NCBI GenBank assembly: GCA_050257635.1
Contig: JBLMXG010000344.1
Span: 9,190 to 73,189 of the forward strand
Reading direction: 5' to 3'
From: Chloroflexota bacterium
GTDB lineage: Bacteria > Desulfobacterota > Binatia > UBA9968
Length of the DNA stretch: 64,000 nt
The notes beneath the pieces are model-generated. The model saw only the letters and a list, made by a program, of their open reading frames with translations. It did no database searches and was not told the DNA's origin. Each line of letters begins with the position of its first letter. The first letter of the stretch is position 1. Below, one piece after another: positions 38,834 through 47,847 of the stretch. The position numbers were made by a program, and so were the translations under genes.

Positions 38834-39600
38834 TAGATATTGATCCAGGGGGTCACGAGAACGTATTTGACGTTGAATGCCAGTCGGAGAAACATCTTTA
38901 CCGGAAGAGCCATCATGAGCACCAGCAAAAGACCGGCGATAGTAAAGCGAACCATGCCCCAGCGCTCGAGAAAATCTTTGCCCTTCACTCTTAAGACAAA
39001 GAAATAAAATCCGACCATGCCCAAAACAAAATAGGCACCGATGGCCGCCAAGCTAAAAGCCGCCGATATCCAATAGTCGCGAAACCCGACAAGGTAAGGT
39101 AAATCGACGTTGGTCAACGCCACGACTTTGTGGGGATCCCAGCGCTGCCAGGGCCAGAATAGGTTCCAGCCAGGCCCGCGAAAAAACGTCCCGATGATGA
39201 TCATCGTGATCCACAGCACGTGAAAGCCGAAAAAGAACGTGAGAATTTCCCATTTCCGGTCTTTAAAACAATAATAGCCGTTGCCGCGAGGATTGATGTC
39301 GATGTAGGGAATCACCATCAAGCCGACGATGATCAGACTGGGCAAAACCACGCCGGCGTGCCAGGGATCGAAGTAAACCAACATCTCTTGCAAGCCGAGA
39401 AAGTACCAAGGCGCTTTCGAAGGATTGGGTGTCCGCGTCGGGTTCGCCGCTTCCTCCAAGGGCGCATCGACCATCAAAGCCCAGAGAACCAATGCGACGA
39501 GGACGAACAGCGCAACCAGAAACTCCATCCGCACGAGATGCGGCCAGGTGTGAATCTTGTCGTCTACCGGTAGCTTTTTTTCGCGAGCTGCCTCTGCCAT
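38833..39600 (-). CDS. Cytochrome b C-terminal subunit (b6f subunit-IV-like, extended with extra TM helices)
   Basis: 255 aa. Region ..EEAANPTRTPNPSKAPWYFLGLQEML.. aligns to the ANP..TP..PEWYF Qo segment of PetD/cyt b C-terminal halves. About 6 TM helices. Confidence 0.8.
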   Translation of the reverse strand: MAEAAREKKLPVDDKIHTWPHLVRMEFLVALFVLVALVLWALMVDAPLEEAANPTRTPNPSKAPWYFLGLQEMLVYFDPWHAGVVLPSLIIVGLMVIPYIDINPRGNGYYCFKDRKWEILTFFFGFHVLWITMIIIGTFFRGPGWNLFWPWQRWDPHKVVALTNVDLPYLVGFRDYWISAAFSLAAIGAYFVLGMVGFYFFVLRVKGKDFLERWGMVRFTIAGLLLVLMMALPVKMFLRLAFNVKYVLVTPWINI

Positions 39601-39624
39601 TTGCGTGCCTCGATTCGTGTATAT

Positions 39625-40395
39625 CTATAGAGAGGGACCGGAGAAACCGTCACGGCGAATGCGCCAGAAATGCACCGCCATGAGGATGCTGGCCACAAGC
39701 GGGATAAAAATGCAGTGCAAAATGTAGAAGCGGAGCAAAGTGTGCGGGCCGATTTCCCCGCCGCCGAACAGGAACGCGCGGGCGTCGTAAATCGGATTGG
39801 CGCCGACAAATTCCGCAAATGGTCCTTCATAACCCAACAGTGGCGTGGCGCGCGCCATGTTGGAGCCGACGGTCACCGCCCAGATCGCCAGCTGGTCCCA
39901 CGGCAGCAAGTAACCGGTGAAGCTTAACAGCAGAGTGAGCACTAGCAGCAGTACGCCAACGACCCAGTTGAATTCGCGCGGCGGCTTGTATGACCCGGTG
40001 AGAAAAACCCTAAACATATGGAGCCAGACAAATACGATCATTGCATGGGCGGCCCATCGGTGCATGTTGCGCATCAGCATGCCGAACGGCATGTCGAATT
40101 CGAGATATTTCATGTCTGCGTAAGCGTATTCGGCCACCGGACGATAGTAAAACATAAGATAGATACCGGTCACCGCTGTGATTAGAAACATCAAGAACGT
40201 TAATCCGCCCATGCACCATGTAAAGCGCATGCGCACCGCGTGGCGGCGTACCTTGGCCGGATGCAGGTGCAAGAAAACGTTCGCGGTGACCATCATCACC
40301 CGGTTGCGCGGCGTGTCGTCGTAGCCGTGGCGAAAGATCGACTTCCAAACGTGACTTTCCACGATGTCGTTTTTGATTTTATCGAAAAGGCTCAT
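39625..40395 (-). CDS. Cytochrome b, N-terminal (b6-like) subunit
   Basis: 256 aa. Helix B H-x13-H (HRWAAHAMIVFVWLH), helix D H-x14-H (HCIFIPLVASILMAVH, b6-type spacing). TWCMGG matches the FYCLGG haem-ci Cys region of cytochrome b6. Confidence 0.88.
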   Translation of the reverse strand: MSLFDKIKNDIVESHVWKSIFRHGYDDTPRNRVMMVTANVFLHLHPAKVRRHAVRMRFTWCMGGLTFLMFLITAVTGIYLMFYYRPVAEYAYADMKYLEFDMPFGMLMRNMHRWAAHAMIVFVWLHMFRVFLTGSYKPPREFNWVVGVLLLVLTLLLSFTGYLLPWDQLAIWAVTVGSNMARATPLLGYEGPFAEFVGANPIYDARAFLFGGGEIGPHTLLRFYILHCIFIPLVASILMAVHFWRIRRDGFSGPSL

Positions 40396-40406
40396 GGTAT
40401 TACCCG

Positions 40407-40925
40407 CTAGACTTTCAGAACGCTGTCGGCGTATTGCTCATCGGGCTCCACCCCCGGGGCCATCTTGTAGACTTTGCTTTTATCCACAACTAGCTGCCCA
40501 TCTTCGCCAACCGAAATTTTGAAGCGGTCGAGCGGGCGCGGCGCCGGTCCCTCAAAGTTCAAGCCCGATTTAAAATAACCGCTGCCGTGACAGGGACACT
40601 TGAATTTATTTTCCGCCGCCAGCCAGCGCGGCGTGCAGCCAAGATGAGTGCATTTGGCGAAAATGGCGTAAATGCCGGCCTCTTCGCGCACGATCCACAC
40701 GCGCTGGTCTTGTTTGTACTTTTCACTGACCTCGCCGAGCGCATAATCGCTTGGCAGACCGGCCTTAAAACTCGCAGGCGGTTGAAACAACACGCGCGGA
40801 AAAGCGGAGCGCAGAAAACCCAGCAAGGTCAACCCGCCAAAGATACCAAATCCGCCCCAGCCAAGCCGCGTGAAAAAGTCCCTTCGCGACCAGATACCTC
40901 TTTTTTCTTTTTCCCGCTCTGCCAT
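40407..40925 (-). CDS. Rieske [2Fe-2S] subunit with Tat signal
   Basis: 172 aa. Twin-arginine SRRDFFTRLG plus TM. Cluster boxes CTHLGC and CPCHGS. Confidence 0.9.
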   Translation of the reverse strand: MAEREKEKRGIWSRRDFFTRLGWGGFGIFGGLTLLGFLRSAFPRVLFQPPASFKAGLPSDYALGEVSEKYKQDQRVWIVREEAGIYAIFAKCTHLGCTPRWLAAENKFKCPCHGSGYFKSGLNFEGPAPRPLDRFKISVGEDGQLVVDKSKVYKMAPGVEPDEQYADSVLKV

Positions 40926-40931
40926 ATTTGC

Positions 40932-41279
40932 CTATCCTTTAATCCAGCTGATCAGGGCGCCCCATGTAACGAAAACAATTCCGCCGACCATTAATACTAA
41001 CCCCACCGGTCCAAACACGAGCGACATTCCGGCTCCCAAAAAAAATATCAACACCCCGGTCCCCAGCGGGTTAAACGGAGCCGGAGCCGATCCTGTTGCG
41101 CCGATTTCGCCGCCAGGGTTGTGAATAAACTCCTCGCGAATAAGGGCGAACGCCAGTTCTTTGAGATCCTCGCGCCGCTCCGAGTCAGCGCCTTGAATCA
41201 GACGGCCAAGCTCTTGAGCTAACCTTTCGATCTCTTGTTCACGCGCTTCGGGCGCAAGTTTGGCAGGATCTGATGTCAC
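40932..41279 (-). CDS. Hypothetical membrane protein, first gene of the Rieske/cyt b operon
   Basis: 115 aa. Charged helical N-terminal half, then two Gly-rich TM helices (GTGVLIFFLGAGMSLVFGPVGLVLMVGGIVFVTWGALI). GTG start. Its stop lies 6 nt before the Rieske ATG. Confidence 0.55.
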   Translation of the reverse strand: MTSDPAKLAPEAREQEIERLAQELGRLIQGADSERREDLKELAFALIREEFIHNPGGEIGATGSAPAPFNPLGTGVLIFFLGAGMSLVFGPVGLVLMVGGIVFVTWGALISWIKG

Positions 41280-41344
41280 CTGGGATTAGAATCGTTGATT
41301 ATTATAGAATTTTTTCTTTGTCAACAAACTGCCAGAAACTTCGG

Positions 41345-41827
41345 CTAGCGGGTCAGCAAAACGACCGCGGTCGCCGCCATTCCCTTGCCGGCGCCTGTCC
41401 AGCCCATTCTTTCCGTGGTCGTCGCTTTGATGCTAATCCTGCTTTCAGCAATCTTGCACAGCTCGGCTACGCTTTTGCGCATGCGCGCATAATGGGGCGA
41501 AAGCTTAGGCTCCTGCGCCACCAAAGTAACATCGGCGTTGACGAGCTTGAAACGCTTGCGACGCATCCTCCCAAGCGCCTGAAGCAGGAGTTTGCCGCTG
41601 GCGATACCTTTAAAACGGGGGTCGCTGTCGGGAAAGTGCGAGCCGATGTCGCCGTCGCCCAAGGCGCCGAGTATGGCATTGATCAGCGCATGCAGCACCG
41701 CATCGGCGTCGGAATAACCGGCAAGCCCGCGATCGTGCGGAATCTCGACGCCGCCCAATATCAGCTTTCGCCCCCGGCGCAGCCGGTGCACGTCGAATCC
41801 ATGTCCGATGCGAAATTCTTTAGCCAT
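41345..41827 (-). CDS. ispF: 2-C-methyl-D-erythritol 2,4-cyclodiphosphate synthase
   Basis: MAKEFRIGHGFDVHRL..GYSDADAVLHALINAILGA..GDIGSHFPD..VTLVAQEPK, classic IspF motifs. Start ATG 41827; the track start at 41953 is an extension. Confidence 0.92.
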   Translation of the reverse strand: MAKEFRIGHGFDVHRLRRGRKLILGGVEIPHDRGLAGYSDADAVLHALINAILGALGDGDIGSHFPDSDPRFKGIASGKLLLQALGRMRRKRFKLVNADVTLVAQEPKLSPHYARMRKSVAELCKIAESRISIKATTTERMGWTGAGKGMAATAVVLLTR

Positions 41828-41978
41828 AACTCGGAGACCTGCTACCGTTGCCTTTGCATAATCACTCGAAGTCAGGCGAGATTCAATAACGCGGCGAAGC
41901 CAGTATTCGCAGCCATGAACCCAGTGCCACAGGCGTCTGGAGTTGAGCCGCACCGTGGGCTATAATCCGATCAAACCA

Positions 41979-42731
41979 ATGCCCATGCGATCGCGGATGC
42001 TCCTACTCTGCTTGTTGCTATTTTTCGCGTTGCCTCTTTATACGGTGCTCTCCGGACAGGCGCCGTTGAACCGCGATTTCCGAACGGCCGACCGGTCCAG
42101 CGTCGGCATCGCGCCGCGCCCCGACACGACTCCCGAGGCCGTGGTGCAAGTGTATTACGCTCGGGCGCTCAATTGGCGTGGTATTTTCGGCGTTCATACC
42201 TGGATCGCGACCAAGCCTGAGAACGCTCGCGAGTACACCGTCCATCAAGTGATCGGCTGGCGTCTATTTCGTGGCTTGCCGGCCGTCGTCTCTGCCCCCG
42301 GAATACCCGACGGCCGGTGGTTCGGCAATGAACCGACGCTGATCGCCGACTTGAGAGGCGCCGAGGCCGCGCGGGCCATTCCCAAGATCCTCGACGCTGT
42401 GGCGAGCTACCCTTATTCGAACGAATACAAGGTATGGCCCGGCCCCAACAGCAATACGTTTGTCGCGTACATCGGACGCCAAGTGCCCGAGTTGCGCATG
42501 GATCTTCCGGCGACTGCGATCGGCAAGGATTATCCGATCAATGGTTCGCTGGTCGACCGGACCCCGAGCGGCACCGGTTACCAGGTCAGCATGCTCGGTG
42601 TACTGGGCGTGAGCATGGGGCGCGAAGAAGGCTTGGAATTAAACTTGCTCGGCTTGAATTTCGGCGTTGACTTCCTGAAACCCGCGCTCAAGTTGCCGTT
42701 CATCGGTCGCATCGGCGTGGGCGAGCGTTGA
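41979..42731 (+). CDS. DUF3750-like membrane-anchored protein
   Basis: N-terminal TM (MLLLCLLLFFALPLYTVL), then ..VVQVYYARALNWRGIFGVHTWIATKP..YTVHQVIGWR.. as I recall for the DUF3750 family. Start ATG 41979 chosen over TTG 41943. Confidence 0.55.
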   Translation: MPMRSRMLLLCLLLFFALPLYTVLSGQAPLNRDFRTADRSSVGIAPRPDTTPEAVVQVYYARALNWRGIFGVHTWIATKPENAREYTVHQVIGWRLFRGLPAVVSAPGIPDGRWFGNEPTLIADLRGAEAARAIPKILDAVASYPYSNEYKVWPGPNSNTFVAYIGRQVPELRMDLPATAIGKDYPINGSLVDRTPSGTGYQVSMLGVLGVSMGREEGLELNLLGLNFGVDFLKPALKLPFIGRIGVGER

Positions 42732-42766
42732 AAAATCTTCTTTCTAGCTCCTGACAAATTCCTCGA

Positions 42767-44053
42767 ATGGCGAAGCGCCGATCGTCCGCGATTTTCTACC
42801 GAGCCGTGGTTTTTCTGGCGACTGCTTGGACGGTCGCGTTCGGGCTTTTTCTAATCGACAATAATCTTTTTTCCGCTCGTGAAAGTTTTCAGGAATCGGA
42901 TTTCATCATGACCTTTTATGTCGCCGGTCATCTCGCAGCTCACGACCGGTCCGCCGAGCTCTATCCTCAGGCCGACTTGCAATCCTTCACTGACACCCCT
43001 TTCGACAGGGCCGCTCACGCGCTTTTACCGCAGCTTCCAAAAAACACCACCGGGGCGTTTATGTATACGCCGCTCATCGCCGCTTTTTTTGCGCCGTTCA
43101 GCTATCTCGATCCCAACTTAGCGCTGTTTTTTTGGCAGGCAATCTCCGTCCTGGCACTGGGCCTATGTAGTCAAATACTGTCGCGCGCCACCGGTACGAA
43201 AGCCAGCGAATTGTTCTTTTTGTCGTTTTTGTATCTCCCGGTCTTCTTAACTTTGTGGGCCGGTCAGCTCGGCCTCGTGTTTGGCTTGTTGCCGTTATGC
43301 CTCGGCTACCTGTTGCTGCTCAGAGAGATGCCGCTGGCAGCCGGGCTCGCGTGGTCATTGCTGCTTTTGAAACCTCAATTTTTCCTGGTTGCCGCCTTCG
43401 TTGCGATTGTGAGCGCTTTGCGCCAACGGTATCGAATCGTATTCGGTCTCGTATTAGGCCTCGCCGCTCTTATGATTGTGACGATCGCGATGTTTTCACT
43501 TCCGGTCACGATCCAATGGCTCGTCAGCCATCGTGTAAGTGAGGCTTATTTCTTTTCCGGGAAGCAAGGCATCCCCGCTCATTTATTGACTGGACTACCT
43601 GCCAATATTTTGGTTCTGCTTCCCATTGATCAGCGCAGCGGTCTAAAATTACCGCTCTACGCAGCCGCAGCAGCCATGTGGCTTTTCGGCATTTGGTTTT
43701 GTTTCCGATTGAGCAAACTTGGCATGGACGAGTCGCTGCAGATCTCAAGCACGTTCGTGATCGGCCTTGGTCTCGCGTCCCTAACATCGCCGCACTTGCT
43801 CTACTACGATCTTTGCGTGCTTCTGCCCGCGGGAGCGCTTCTAATCGCGAAACAGGGACCCTTCGCGGGTCAAACGAATGATTGCGTGATCGCGTGGATC
43901 GGCTGGATAACCGTCAGCGTATTTCTGCCTTTCTTGCTCGCGTTCACCGATATAAAAATCCTGCCGCTACTGCTGGAACTTATATTATTAGCGCTGTTCA
44001 TCACGTTGCTGCTGCAGTGGAGTCGCTTTCGAACGGCCGTCGCGCGCGCCTAG
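42767..44053 (+). CDS. Polytopic membrane protein, DUF2029/GT87-like glycosyltransferase
   Basis: 428 aa, about 11 TM helices. N-terminal loop ESDFIMTFYVAGHLAA..LYP resembles the DUF2029 acidic-loop signature. Confidence 0.55.
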   Translation: MAKRRSSAIFYRAVVFLATAWTVAFGLFLIDNNLFSARESFQESDFIMTFYVAGHLAAHDRSAELYPQADLQSFTDTPFDRAAHALLPQLPKNTTGAFMYTPLIAAFFAPFSYLDPNLALFFWQAISVLALGLCSQILSRATGTKASELFFLSFLYLPVFLTLWAGQLGLVFGLLPLCLGYLLLLREMPLAAGLAWSLLLLKPQFFLVAAFVAIVSALRQRYRIVFGLVLGLAALMIVTIAMFSLPVTIQWLVSHRVSEAYFFSGKQGIPAHLLTGLPANILVLLPIDQRSGLKLPLYAAAAAMWLFGIWFCFRLSKLGMDESLQISSTFVIGLGLASLTSPHLLYYDLCVLLPAGALLIAKQGPFAGQTNDCVIAWIGWITVSVFLPFLLAFTDIKILPLLLELILLALFITLLLQWSRFRTAVARA

Positions 44054-45559
44054 GGTGCCAGGAATCGGCTTGCGTCCCGCGACTGATTCCTCGACCACAC
44101 GCTCCGAAGAGTCGAGCGTAGCCGGGCGTGTCGGCCACAAGCTGATGACTGCGCCGGCCAGAGCGATCGCCGCAGCGATCCAAAAGGCACAGCGATAACC
44201 TTGTAAAAACGCCGCCAGTGCGGGAGCGCTGGAGCCGGCACCGAGATTTTCCAGCGAGCTTGCGCCGGCGGAAGCCAACAGGAAAAAACTGACGACACTG
44301 GTCGCGAGCGTCGCACCGATGGAATAGCCGAGGCTGCGCACGATCGACAATACCGAGGAACCGATGCCGAGGCGGTGGCGCGGCACCGAGCTCATCAGCA
44401 AATTATTGTTGGGGGTTTGAAAAATCCCCATACCGACGCCGAGCAAGGCCAAACCAAAGATCACCTCGAGCGGCCGCGCGCCGGGGACGAGAAAGCTCAA
44501 AAACAGCAAGGCCGCCCCGTTAACGGCGAGGCCCACGGCACAGAGCAACTGCGGCAAGAATCGCTCCGATAACCAACCGGTAAGCGGCGCCAATAGGGCC
44601 ATAGCCAAGGGCGTCGGCGCCACCAAGAAGCCGGCGCGCAAAGGATCTAACCCCATCGCCAGCTGGAGAAAAAACGGCATTAACAAATTGCTGACGCTCA
44701 TAGTGATGAAGCTGAACCATCGAGCGGTGTTGCCGATCGTAAATGCGCCGATGCGAAAAATTTTCAGATCCAGCAGCGGGAAAGCAGCGCGTTTCTCCCA
44801 CCGGATAAAAAAGCCGAGCGCAGCGGCGCCGGCCGACGCGGTGACACCGACGATGGGATCCAGCCATCGGCCTTTTTGTGCCAACGTCAAGGCAAACAGA
44901 AATGCCGAGATGCCGGTCGCAAAAGTTGCCGCGCCGGTGAAATCGAACGGTTCTTTTTTATCATCCGAAGCCCTGAAACTTTCGGCGGGAAGAAGGATGC
45001 GCGCCGCGCCGAAGCCGGTCAGCGCCAGCAGCGCGGATAAATAGAAGTTGGCGCGCCAACCCAGCGAATGTGTCAGTAGCCCGCCCAGCACCGGCCCCAG
45101 GGTATAGCCAAGAGCGGAGACGGTGCCGCCGGCGATGCCCATGGCACGGCCTCGCTCCTCCGGCGGAAACAGCGCCGTGATCAGCGCGAAGTTATTGGCC
45201 ATGATCAGCGCGCTGCCGGCGGCCTGCAAAGCGCGAAAGAAAATCAGCTGGCCGGCGCTCTGCGCCAGCGCCGCGGCCAGCGAACTCGTCGCATACAGGA
45301 GAAACCCGCCGAGAAACAATTTGCCGATACCGAACAAATCCGATAATCGACCGCAGGGAAGGTACAGCGATGCCGTGATCAGGGCGTACACTAGGGCGAG
45401 CCAGCTCGCCAGTGTCAAGTCCGCGCGCAGCTCCCTGACGATTAACGGTAGGGCGATGCTCAACTGCCCCGAGTCGGCAGTGACAATCAACGTCGCCAGT
45501 GACGCAACGAGCAGAGACCACCAGCGGTGGCGCGGCGGAGAGGGCGAGTGGGCGACCAT
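43988..45559 (-). CDS. MFS transporter, 14-TM drug/H+ antiporter (DHA2/EmrB-like)
   Basis: 523 aa, about 14 TM. MFS motif A-like GRLSDLFG. The 3' end overlaps the convergent gene at 42767-44053 by 66 nt. Confidence 0.75.
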   Translation of the reverse strand: MVAHSPSPPRHRWWSLLVASLATLIVTADSGQLSIALPLIVRELRADLTLASWLALVYALITASLYLPCGRLSDLFGIGKLFLGGFLLYATSSLAAALAQSAGQLIFFRALQAAGSALIMANNFALITALFPPEERGRAMGIAGGTVSALGYTLGPVLGGLLTHSLGWRANFYLSALLALTGFGAARILLPAESFRASDDKKEPFDFTGAATFATGISAFLFALTLAQKGRWLDPIVGVTASAGAAALGFFIRWEKRAAFPLLDLKIFRIGAFTIGNTARWFSFITMSVSNLLMPFFLQLAMGLDPLRAGFLVAPTPLAMALLAPLTGWLSERFLPQLLCAVGLAVNGAALLFLSFLVPGARPLEVIFGLALLGVGMGIFQTPNNNLLMSSVPRHRLGIGSSVLSIVRSLGYSIGATLATSVVSFFLLASAGASSLENLGAGSSAPALAAFLQGYRCAFWIAAAIALAGAVISLWPTRPATLDSSERVVEESVAGRKPIPGTLGARDGRSKATPLQQQRDEQR

Positions 45560-45609
45560 GGTAGAGTAGGAGTATGAAGTGTCGCGAGTCTATTCCAAGG
45601 CGCGGCGGA

Positions 45610-46404
45610 TCACTTGACGATCGGCCAATAGCGTCCTTTCCGCTTCACAATCGCCAGTCCAACGCCGTATAAATCCTTCAACACACCCGGCTTCAGCACG
45701 TTGCGTGTCCGCCCGGCATGCAGCACCTTGCCGTCACGCAGCACCAGGGTGTGGCCGAACAGAGGTAGTATTTCTTCGACATGGTGCGTGACATAAATGA
45801 GCGCCGGAAGTTTTCTTTGCGTGCCGAGCCTGGCGAGCGAGGCAAGAAATTTTTCCCGCGCTCCGGGATCCATGCCGGCACAAGGCTCATCGAGAATGAT
45901 CAAATAGGGTTTGGTCATGCGCGCCCGTGCGATCAGGATTTTCTGTTGCTCGCCTTGCGACAAAGTGCCAAACTCACGATCGCATAGCTGAGCACACCCG
46001 AGTTCGTTCAAATAGCGCTGCGCGCGGGCGTAATCTTGACGGCTCGCTTGGCCCCAAAAACCGCCTAGATAACCGACCTGCGCAAACCTCCCCGACACCA
46101 CCGTATTGAGGGCTTTTTCCTGCCCGGGAATTTCGCTCGCCAGAGCCGCCGTCACCCATCCGATGCTTTTCCGCAGTTCGGGTAGATGAGTCAGCCCCTC
46201 TCCTCTACGCAGCACGACTCCGCCGGCGTTCGGCCACAGATACCCGCAGGCCAATTTCAAAAGCGTCGTCTTCCCTGAGCCGTTGGGACCGAGAATAGCC
46301 CAATGCTCGCTCGGATACACTGTCCAATTGATCGAACAAAGAATCGGCTTACCGTTCGCGGAATAGGAAACGTCACGGAGCTCGAGCGCGGGGGTTTTAG
46401 TCAC
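45610..46404 (-). CDS. ABC transporter ATP-binding protein (stand-alone, ModF/YlmA-like)
   Basis: 264 aa. Walker A GPNGSGKTTLLK, signature LSQGEQQKILIARA, Walker B LIILDEPCAGMD. No adjacent permease. Confidence 0.8.
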   Translation of the reverse strand: MTKTPALELRDVSYSANGKPILCSINWTVYPSEHWAILGPNGSGKTTLLKLACGYLWPNAGGVVLRRGEGLTHLPELRKSIGWVTAALASEIPGQEKALNTVVSGRFAQVGYLGGFWGQASRQDYARAQRYLNELGCAQLCDREFGTLSQGEQQKILIARARMTKPYLIILDEPCAGMDPGAREKFLASLARLGTQRKLPALIYVTHHVEEILPLFGHTLVLRDGKVLHAGRTRNVLKPGVLKDLYGVGLAIVKRKGRYWPIVK

Positions 46405-46577
46405 TCTGCCTTTGGATCCTTCAAGTGCGTTTAACCACGTCTTAGAATAAAAGCGGCCAGGAATAAAGCTAATGGATCACAGCCATGGGTTTTCGGTAGC
46501 AGAGGTATGCGAGAGGAGCTGGTGGAGTTTATATTTTGCCAGGGCGGATTACATAATGTCACTCAGCGCCGAACCGC

Positions 46578-47834
46578 TTACGGCGCGAGCCGGCCAGCTT
46601 TAACCAATTCAACGACCGTTTGCGTTCGCAAATCGATCACGGCTAGTTCGTCCGTGCTCTCACAGCCAATGAACGCCAACTCACCGTACGGACTGAACGC
46701 GATATGCGCCGGCGCAGCGCCCACGGGCAAACAGGCTCGCAGTGCATGGGCGTGAACATCGATGAGGCAGACACTCGATTCGCCGGTATTCGACACAACC
46801 GCCCAATGGCTATCCGGACTGATGGCGAAGAAATGCGGATAGATACCAACGCGGATGGTCGCGATCACGCGATGATTTCGACAATCCCATACGGTCAGAT
46901 CATCGGACGCAAAATTCGCCACGTATCCGAAGCTCCCGTCCCGATCGAGCGCAGGCAAATGGGCGCCCTTGCCAGCGGGAATCGTCGTCACCGCCTCGTG
47001 ATTGGCCGTGTCGATGACAGTCACATCATCGGAGATCGTGTTCGCCACGTAAGCAAAGCGGCTTTCCGGATCGAAGGCGATATGCCCCGGTCCCAAGCCG
47101 ACTTTGATTTCGCCGGTCACGGAATAATCTCGGCCGTCGATCACGGTCACCGTATGCGACGCGGAATTAGGCTGGTAGGCCCACCGGCTATCTGGGGAAA
47201 CGGCAATGTCGTGCGGTGCGTCGCCGACCCCGACCTCGGCGTGAAACTCGCCCGCGCCACCGAGCACGGTCACAGATCGATCCGGCCCGCTCGGCAGGTA
47301 AACGCATCCATCCGGAGCTACGCAAGGGAGCAATGGACGTTTCCCCGTCGCTGCGGTGGCGATCACTTGATCGCTCGCCGTGTCGATGATTGTAACCGTG
47401 CTTGAGCCGCTGTTGGCGACATAAAGCCGCCGGCCGTCGTGGGATAATTCCAAATGGGATGGATCCGCGCCGACGCCGATATGCTTTATCACTCGCCGGG
47501 TGGAGCCGTCGATCACGGCCACGCGATCGTCCGTCGTGTTCGAGTAGACGCGCCCGTCGCGGTGACTGGCGACGGAATGAGCGCCGCGCAAGCCCAGGCG
47601 CGGCGTCGAACCGTCGGGGGAAAGGACGAGCGAAATGGAATTGCCGTCGCGCTCAAGTATCACGCGATAACCGCGTTCCAGCATCGAGATGTACTGCCGC
47701 ACCGGGAGAGCGCCGACTCGCGCTCGAACCACTCCGTTGTGGCCGCGCAGCGCGACGAATTGCTCTTTTAATCGCGCCACCTGCTTCTCCGGCGTCAGCG
47801 CAACAAGATCAAGCTGAACGGTTTGAGGAGCCAT
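46578..47834 (-). CDS. YVTN-type beta-propeller repeat protein with ~75-aa N-terminal DUF2249-like domain
   Basis: 418 aa. Repeated ..YVAN..S..V.VID.. blades (at least 7). The N-terminal segment LDLVALTPEKQVARLKEQFVALRG..RVILERDGNSISLVLSP is distinct from the propeller. Confidence 0.65.
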   Translation of the reverse strand: MAPQTVQLDLVALTPEKQVARLKEQFVALRGHNGVVRARVGALPVRQYISMLERGYRVILERDGNSISLVLSPDGSTPRLGLRGAHSVASHRDGRVYSNTTDDRVAVIDGSTRRVIKHIGVGADPSHLELSHDGRRLYVANSGSSTVTIIDTASDQVIATAATGKRPLLPCVAPDGCVYLPSGPDRSVTVLGGAGEFHAEVGVGDAPHDIAVSPDSRWAYQPNSASHTVTVIDGRDYSVTGEIKVGLGPGHIAFDPESRFAYVANTISDDVTVIDTANHEAVTTIPAGKGAHLPALDRDGSFGYVANFASDDLTVWDCRNHRVIATIRVGIYPHFFAISPDSHWAVVSNTGESSVCLIDVHAHALRACLPVGAAPAHIAFSPYGELAFIGCESTDELAVIDLRTQTVVELVKAGRLAP

Positions 47835-47847
47835 GCGCGAAATGGGT

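Noticed and set aside
41280-41344. TTGACA and TATAAT hexamers upstream of the Rieske/cyt b operon, as its promoter.
   Set aside because: The two hexamers are only 12 nt apart, too short for a sigma70 spacer. The AT-rich region probably contains the promoter, but I cannot position it.
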